From the NCBI GenBank assembly GCA_034669905.1, contig JAXMOL010000036.1, forward strand, positions 1 to 64,000: DNA of 64,000 nucleotides, written 5' to 3'. The stretch is from Candidatus Hydrogenedentota bacterium. GTDB taxonomy: Bacteria > Hydrogenedentota > Hydrogenedentia > Hydrogenedentales > JAEUWI01. Within the stretch, counting starts at the first letter, position 1; the number at the start of each line of letters is the position of its first letter. Shown piece by piece: positions 59,430 to 64,000 of this stretch. The notes under the pieces were generated by a model, which did no database searches, was not told the DNA's origin, and saw only the letters and a list, made by a program, of their open reading frames with translations. Both the position numbers and the translations under genes were made by a program.

Positions 59430-60404
59430 TCAGAAGAAGCGCATGCGGCGAAAGAGCCAGACGCCGAGCACGGCCAACAAGATGAGCAAGGCACACACCA
59501 CCGCGAAGGCAACGTTGCTGTCCGTTCCGGGCATCCCCCCCACGTTGATACCCAACAGCCCCGTCAGCAACCCCAGGGGGAGAAAAACGGCGGCCACCAG
59601 GGAAAGCACATACATGGTCCGGTTCATTTGCTCGGCCAGGCGGCCTGCAAGCTCCTCCTGGGTGACAGCCGCCCGTTCGCGGGAAGCGTCCAGATCTTCC
59701 ACATGGCGGGTCAGGCGGTCCGCCGCTTCTCGCAGTTGGGCCTTGTCAAGATCAGACAGCCAGGCGACACGCTCTGATTGGAGGCGGGCAATAACGTCGC
59801 GCTGGGGAGCGAGATAGCGCCGCAATGCGATAGCCTGTCGTCGGACTTCCGCCAGGCGGGTGCGTAGTTCAAAGGTCTGAGCCGAAACCACCAGATCCTC
59901 CAGCTCATCCACTTCGTCGTCCAGCGCCACCATCACGGGCCCCATGCGTTCGATCAACTGCAGCACAAGGGATGGCAGAAAGGCCCCCGGACCAACGGGG
60001 CCCTCGCCTCTTTCAAGTCGCTCATGAATATCCTGCACCGCCATCACCCGCTGACCACGCAGGGTAATCACCCGTTCGGCGTCAAACCACGCCCGAATGG
60101 ACGTCATATTCTCCGGATTCTCTCCCTCATTGAGATTGACCCCGCGAAGTGTCGCGACCATGCCGCCTGCAATTACCAGGCTCCGTGGTCGTATTTCTCT
60201 GGCAAGCAGGGCCTCACAGGCTACGGCATCCAGACCCGAGCGTTCCCGCAACCAGTCGACCGCTTCCTCATGGCGACAATCGAGGTGTAGCCAACGGCTG
60301 TGCCCCGGGGGCAACGGACGGTCAAAGTCGTCCATCAAGAATGGCCGTGCGCCCCCCGTACCGTCCATTTCGCACGCCCAGATTAGTCCCGCGTTCTCCG
60401 TCAT
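59430..60404 (-). CDS. zntB: ZntB/CorA family divalent metal transporter
   Basis: LRGVNLN, LRRYLAPQR, FLPLGLLTGLLGINVGG, two C-terminal TM helices. Confidence 0.85.
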   Translation of the reverse strand: MTENAGLIWACEMDGTGGARPFLMDDFDRPLPPGHSRWLHLDCRHEEAVDWLRERSGLDAVACEALLAREIRPRSLVIAGGMVATLRGVNLNEGENPENMTSIRAWFDAERVITLRGQRVMAVQDIHERLERGEGPVGPGAFLPSLVLQLIERMGPVMVALDDEVDELEDLVVSAQTFELRTRLAEVRRQAIALRRYLAPQRDVIARLQSERVAWLSDLDKAQLREAADRLTRHVEDLDASRERAAVTQEELAGRLAEQMNRTMYVLSLVAAVFLPLGLLTGLLGINVGGMPGTDSNVAFAVVCALLILLAVLGVWLFRRMRFF

Positions 60405-60605
60405 AGTGCTCTCCTGACTCACGTGACAGGCGTGCCGCGAGACACATCCACGAAATGCGCGACAGCACCTTCCTGAGCCTCAGTATGAATCACCTGTACC
60501 CAGAAACGCCACCACTCCCCGCGATGGTGGGAAGTGATGGCGTCTCTGAAATGGCGTTTTGATGGTGAGCCGCTCCCGAGGTGCGGCACGTTGGGACTCA
60601 TGGAA

Positions 60606-61598
60606 CTACACTTTCGCGCCTCCCAGACGTTTCTTCGCGAGCCGCTCATAGTAGCCCAGGGTGGACGACCACATTTCTACAACCTGAAGATGGCGCAGCA
60701 TCGTGTATCTGTCTATATCCATCCGGTAGTAGTCTGGCTGGAACCCTTCGGAGAATACCAGCCCATAGTCCTCTTTAAACTCGTTGCAAAGTATGCCAAC
60801 TTCCTTGGCGACCACGCTGCGATCATGCAACTCGATGTTACGGTATTTTGTCAGATAGCCAAAAAAAGAGGCCAGGTAGGGACTCGGTTCGTCCAGGTTA
60901 ATCTCGACCTCCTGTACCTCCATCAACAGACCGGGCTCCAGCGCACGAATGCTCCGAAATACGTCGTAGGACACATCCACCGATTCCACATAGGGCACCA
61001 CCTCCCCATCCACGAACACCATGGGAACGACCCCATTGCTCACAACGACTTCCGCATAGGTCGAAAGCAGCTGAGCCCGGTGATCCCCTTCGGAGGGCCC
61101 TCCCCCAAAGGGATGATAGTGCCCCATGGCCACCACGCGGTTACCACGAACCCACAGATCCACCGTATCGCCCAGATAGGGCAATTCCTTTCGGTCCAGC
61201 CAGGCACTCAACCCGTTGGGCAGGGTTTCCGGCAAGAAGGAGTTCCATGTGCGGATTGGCTCGTGACGTAGCGTGCCATCCGTGCCCCGTACGATGGCAA
61301 AGAGGTGGCCACCGCGCATGTCGGCCAAATCATCCCGCAGTGCGGTTTGATAGCGGAGCACCTGTACCTGACTGACGAGAAAACGGGCCAACTCGCCGTT
61401 ATCTTTCGCCGGGTCGGGAAAGAGCAGCCCGGGCACATAGGTAGCCATCAGGTAACCATAGACCGCAATGGGCCGGGTAGGCGAGAGCACCATGGGCAAG
61501 ACCAGTATAAAGGCCATCAAATAGAGCAGGCTTCGGTATCGTTTGGCGCGCCGGGTCCAGGTCTGGACCGCGTGTGGGGTGTCATGACGTACTTCCAT
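60606..61598 (-). CDS. Membrane-anchored hypothetical protein with JAB/MPN-like motif
   Basis: N-terminal TM helix; GHYHPFGGGPSEGD. Confidence 0.55.
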   Translation of the reverse strand: MEVRHDTPHAVQTWTRRAKRYRSLLYLMAFILVLPMVLSPTRPIAVYGYLMATYVPGLLFPDPAKDNGELARFLVSQVQVLRYQTALRDDLADMRGGHLFAIVRGTDGTLRHEPIRTWNSFLPETLPNGLSAWLDRKELPYLGDTVDLWVRGNRVVAMGHYHPFGGGPSEGDHRAQLLSTYAEVVVSNGVVPMVFVDGEVVPYVESVDVSYDVFRSIRALEPGLLMEVQEVEINLDEPSPYLASFFGYLTKYRNIELHDRSVVAKEVGILCNEFKEDYGLVFSEGFQPDYYRMDIDRYTMLRHLQVVEMWSSTLGYYERLAKKRLGGAKV

Positions 61599-62321
61599 GT
61601 TACACCTTCATTCCTTTTTTGTTGGAACAACTTTTTTGCATTGTTTTTAGTCACTCATACCATATGGTATGTAAATGGCAAAATCCGGGCCCAGAAAACC
61701 GTTGTCTGAATACAGGGCTGGCCCTTCGTAATGATTGTCATACGGCTGGGTAAGCAGGCTGAAATGAATCGGAGCGAGCTCCAATCCATTGCGGGGACTT
61801 GCCCTGGTGAATCCCTTGGGAACAAACCCACCGTTTGCGTGTGCTCCGCAGTCACTTCCTACCGTTCGGTAGCTTGCCTACGGCCTTTCAACCGAGAACA
61901 TCCGAGAAATCCTGTGAGTCTAACACGCTGCTAACACATATCTTATGCACACTATAGGTGTCGAAACGCGCAACATCACTCAGCGGTACGGATGTTTCTA
62001 TACCCACCTTATATGCACATATCGTGCCAGAGTTTCGATGAGACCGCGAAGACGAAAAACGGAACGCGTACGTTCTGCACGGAAGTCATGGAAGGGTGTG
62101 GGCAGCTTCCCACCGAAGCCAGGCAGCGGCGGCGTCACGAAGCGCGTGACGTTCGGGGAAGAAATTGAATTTGGCGCGTTCGTACCCCAGGGTGCGAATG
62201 CCCTTCAGGGTCCAGCCCGATAAGTATAGCATAACGAACATGCGTCATACCTCCTCCCACCGGCCATACTCGGGAGATTCCAATGGTGGCCTTAGCAAGC
62301 TGCCCATGGAAACCCGTTGAC

Positions 62322-63437
62322 CTACTCCGTTGCCACGAGCCAGGACAAGGGAAACTTGGCGAAGGTGACTTTCTGGTAGGGGGTCTCGTCCCCCCGCTCA
62401 TAGAGGATACCGATTTGTTCGTCGGGCAGGATGGCCAGACAGGAATAGGCGGCAGGCCCTTCGTGGAGCACGCGGGAAACGGGCCAGGTCACCCCTTCAT
62501 CGCGACTGAGCCGTATGGTCAGGCGCTCCCGCTTGGTGCTTGCCGGATTGGAGAAAAGCAATTGCTCTTTCGATTCATCGTTGTACCAAAGCAGGCTGGC
62601 CTGGCAGATAGGCTCTATCAGCCCTTCGTGAGGTCGGGCGGTCTCCCAGGTCTTCCCCCGGTCGTTGGATACCGCCACGTAGCGGTGGTTTTCCTGACGA
62701 TTGTTGCGCATATTGGCAAGCAGGTCACCATTCTTCCGCTGGACCAGCATCCACTCCTCGGTGTACTCCCCTGCCGGACCGCCCATGTGCCACGTTTTGC
62801 CCCCATCGTCACTAAAGATAAAGTGGCTGTAAAGCGCGTCGCCCGACTTGCGGCTCAGCGGAAAATAGAGACGGCCCTCCCGGTCCTGATAGCCCCGACC
62901 GGGTGACGTCCAGGCAGCCTCCCACGCAGGATCTTTCACGTCGGCGTTAATATTCCGGGGCTTGCTCCAGGTGACCCCGTCATCGTCGCTATGAATCAGC
63001 ATCAGCTGAAAAGTATCGCCATCAACACCCGGCTGGCTCGTCTTCACCCCCACACCATCGGGCGCGTAGACAAAGAAACACCAGAGCCGCCCCGTGTTCC
63101 GGTCCACCAGCAACGACGGGTCCCCCCCACCCTGGGCACCGAAATCGGAAATAACCTGGACGTCGCTCCATGTTTCACCGGAATCGAAGCTACGGCGCAT
63201 GACAAGGTCGATGTCATTGGGCAGGTCTTGCCCCCGGTCCGCCCGGGCATCACACACCGCCACGACCACTCCCGATTTCGTCACGACGAGCGCCGGAATG
63301 CGATACACCGGGACATCATTCATCCCCTGATAAAAGAGGTCGGTCTGTTGCACTTCTGCGGCGACTCGGGACGCGGTGCAGAGCAGTGCGATGCCGACTA
63401 CGGAAAGGATCATAAGAGGGCGAAGGCGATACATCAT
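62322..63437 (-). CDS. Secreted sialidase (GH33)
   Basis: YRIP; Asp-boxes SFDSGETW, SDDDGVTW, SDDGGKTW, SNDRGKTW, SRDEGVTW; AYS. Confidence 0.88.
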   Translation of the reverse strand: MMYRLRPLMILSVVGIALLCTASRVAAEVQQTDLFYQGMNDVPVYRIPALVVTKSGVVVAVCDARADRGQDLPNDIDLVMRRSFDSGETWSDVQVISDFGAQGGGDPSLLVDRNTGRLWCFFVYAPDGVGVKTSQPGVDGDTFQLMLIHSDDDGVTWSKPRNINADVKDPAWEAAWTSPGRGYQDREGRLYFPLSRKSGDALYSHFIFSDDGGKTWHMGGPAGEYTEEWMLVQRKNGDLLANMRNNRQENHRYVAVSNDRGKTWETARPHEGLIEPICQASLLWYNDESKEQLLFSNPASTKRERLTIRLSRDEGVTWPVSRVLHEGPAAYSCLAILPDEQIGILYERGDETPYQKVTFAKFPLSWLVATE

Positions 63438-63801
63438 GTTCTCCTGGTTGGGCTATCAGATACATTGTAGTACACGCGTGTACGCGAGTGGAACGGGCAG
63501 TGCCAGTCACTTCTCCGCACCTGCCGCACGAATTGCCGATTGGCCGTCGGCCCTCCAGAGTTCCATGCAAGGGACGGTATCGCGCCCGAATACCCAACCC
63601 ATCCCAAGGCCACGCCGGACCAGCCCCCCACGCTGCCAGCACCCCCACCACGCTGAAGCGCGTTCCTGTCCCGGTGGCAGAAGGCTCAGCCCCTCCGCAA
63701 CGACGAAAAAAAGAGACATTGAGGCACCAACATGCTCCCTTGACCCCATTATAGCGTCACGCAGCGACACACCCCGGTGCCATCGCGACCCCATCGCGCA
63801 C

Positions 63802-63836
63802 TTGCCAGATAGTTACAAATGCGCTACAATTGTAAC
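63802..63836 (+). promoter_or_regulatory. Sigma70 promoter with inverted-repeat operator for the TA operon
   Basis: TTGCCA (63802-63807) - 17 bp - TACAAT (63825-63830); inverted repeat GTTACAA (63812-63818)/TTGTAAC (63830-63836). Confidence 0.65.
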
Positions 63837-63853
63837 CAAAGGAGAAAACCGCC

Positions 63854-64000
63854 ATGAGTACCGAACCCACCAACCTGAGACTTGATGCCGACGCCAAGAA
63901 AGCGGCCTACGCCGTATTTAAAAAAGTTGGCTTGAAGCCCGCCCAGGCCGTGAATTTGTTCCTTCGCCAGGTGGCGTTGCACAAGGGGCTTCCCTTCCCC
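63854..64000 (+). CDS. RelB/DinJ family antitoxin (partial, truncated by window end; absent from the ORF track)
   Basis: AGGAG RBS; manual translation MSTEPTNLRLDADAKKAAYAVFKKVGLKPAQAVNLFLRQVALHKGLPFP, matching a ribbon-helix-helix with GLPF. Confidence 0.85.
   Translation, partial: MSTEPTNLRLDADAKKAAYAVFKKVGLKPAQAVNLFLRQVALHKGLPFP

Noticed and set aside
61850..61900. c-di-GMP-I riboswitch
   Set aside because: A GAAA hairpin is present, but the GGCAAA and GACGCAAA consensus segments are not
63470..63483. Perfect 14-bp palindrome GTACACGCGTGTAC upstream of the sialidase
   Set aside because: Single occurrence with no cognate regulator nearby; could be chance

Overview
GC-rich bacterial chromosomal window with about 43 protein-coding genes, one tRNA-Asp(GTC) and several structured intergenic repeats. 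I found no rRNA, CRISPR array, transposase, integrase or prophage. A poly-Gly-Glu surface protein, a PVC-type heme-binding protein and many secreted glycan enzymes suggest a PVC-related lineage, most likely Candidatus Hydrogenedentota (inference only). Housekeeping and carbohydrate genes include cls, araB, aldolases, GH63, acetolactate synthase, pal plus two cpoB copies, a thiolase, eda, zntB and a sialidase. The most interesting blocks are: (1) a padR - HAAS/VIT/vWA/PEP-CTERM - dedicated exosortase - HAAS/3x H-X9-DG cluster (32.4-39.4 kb), which looks like a self-regulating surface sensing and sorting system; (2) a tetraheme cytochrome - Fe-S - NrfD/DsrP - octaheme HAO-family respiratory operon (27.4-32.2 kb) whose HAO appears to lack the cross-linking Tyr; (3) a GNAT-deacetylase fusion protein; (4) a duplicated ~105-nt element with a compensatory base-pair change at the window start; (5) a membrane-anchored JAB/MPN-like protein. 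All protein calls come from motif recognition by eye; no database searches were run.
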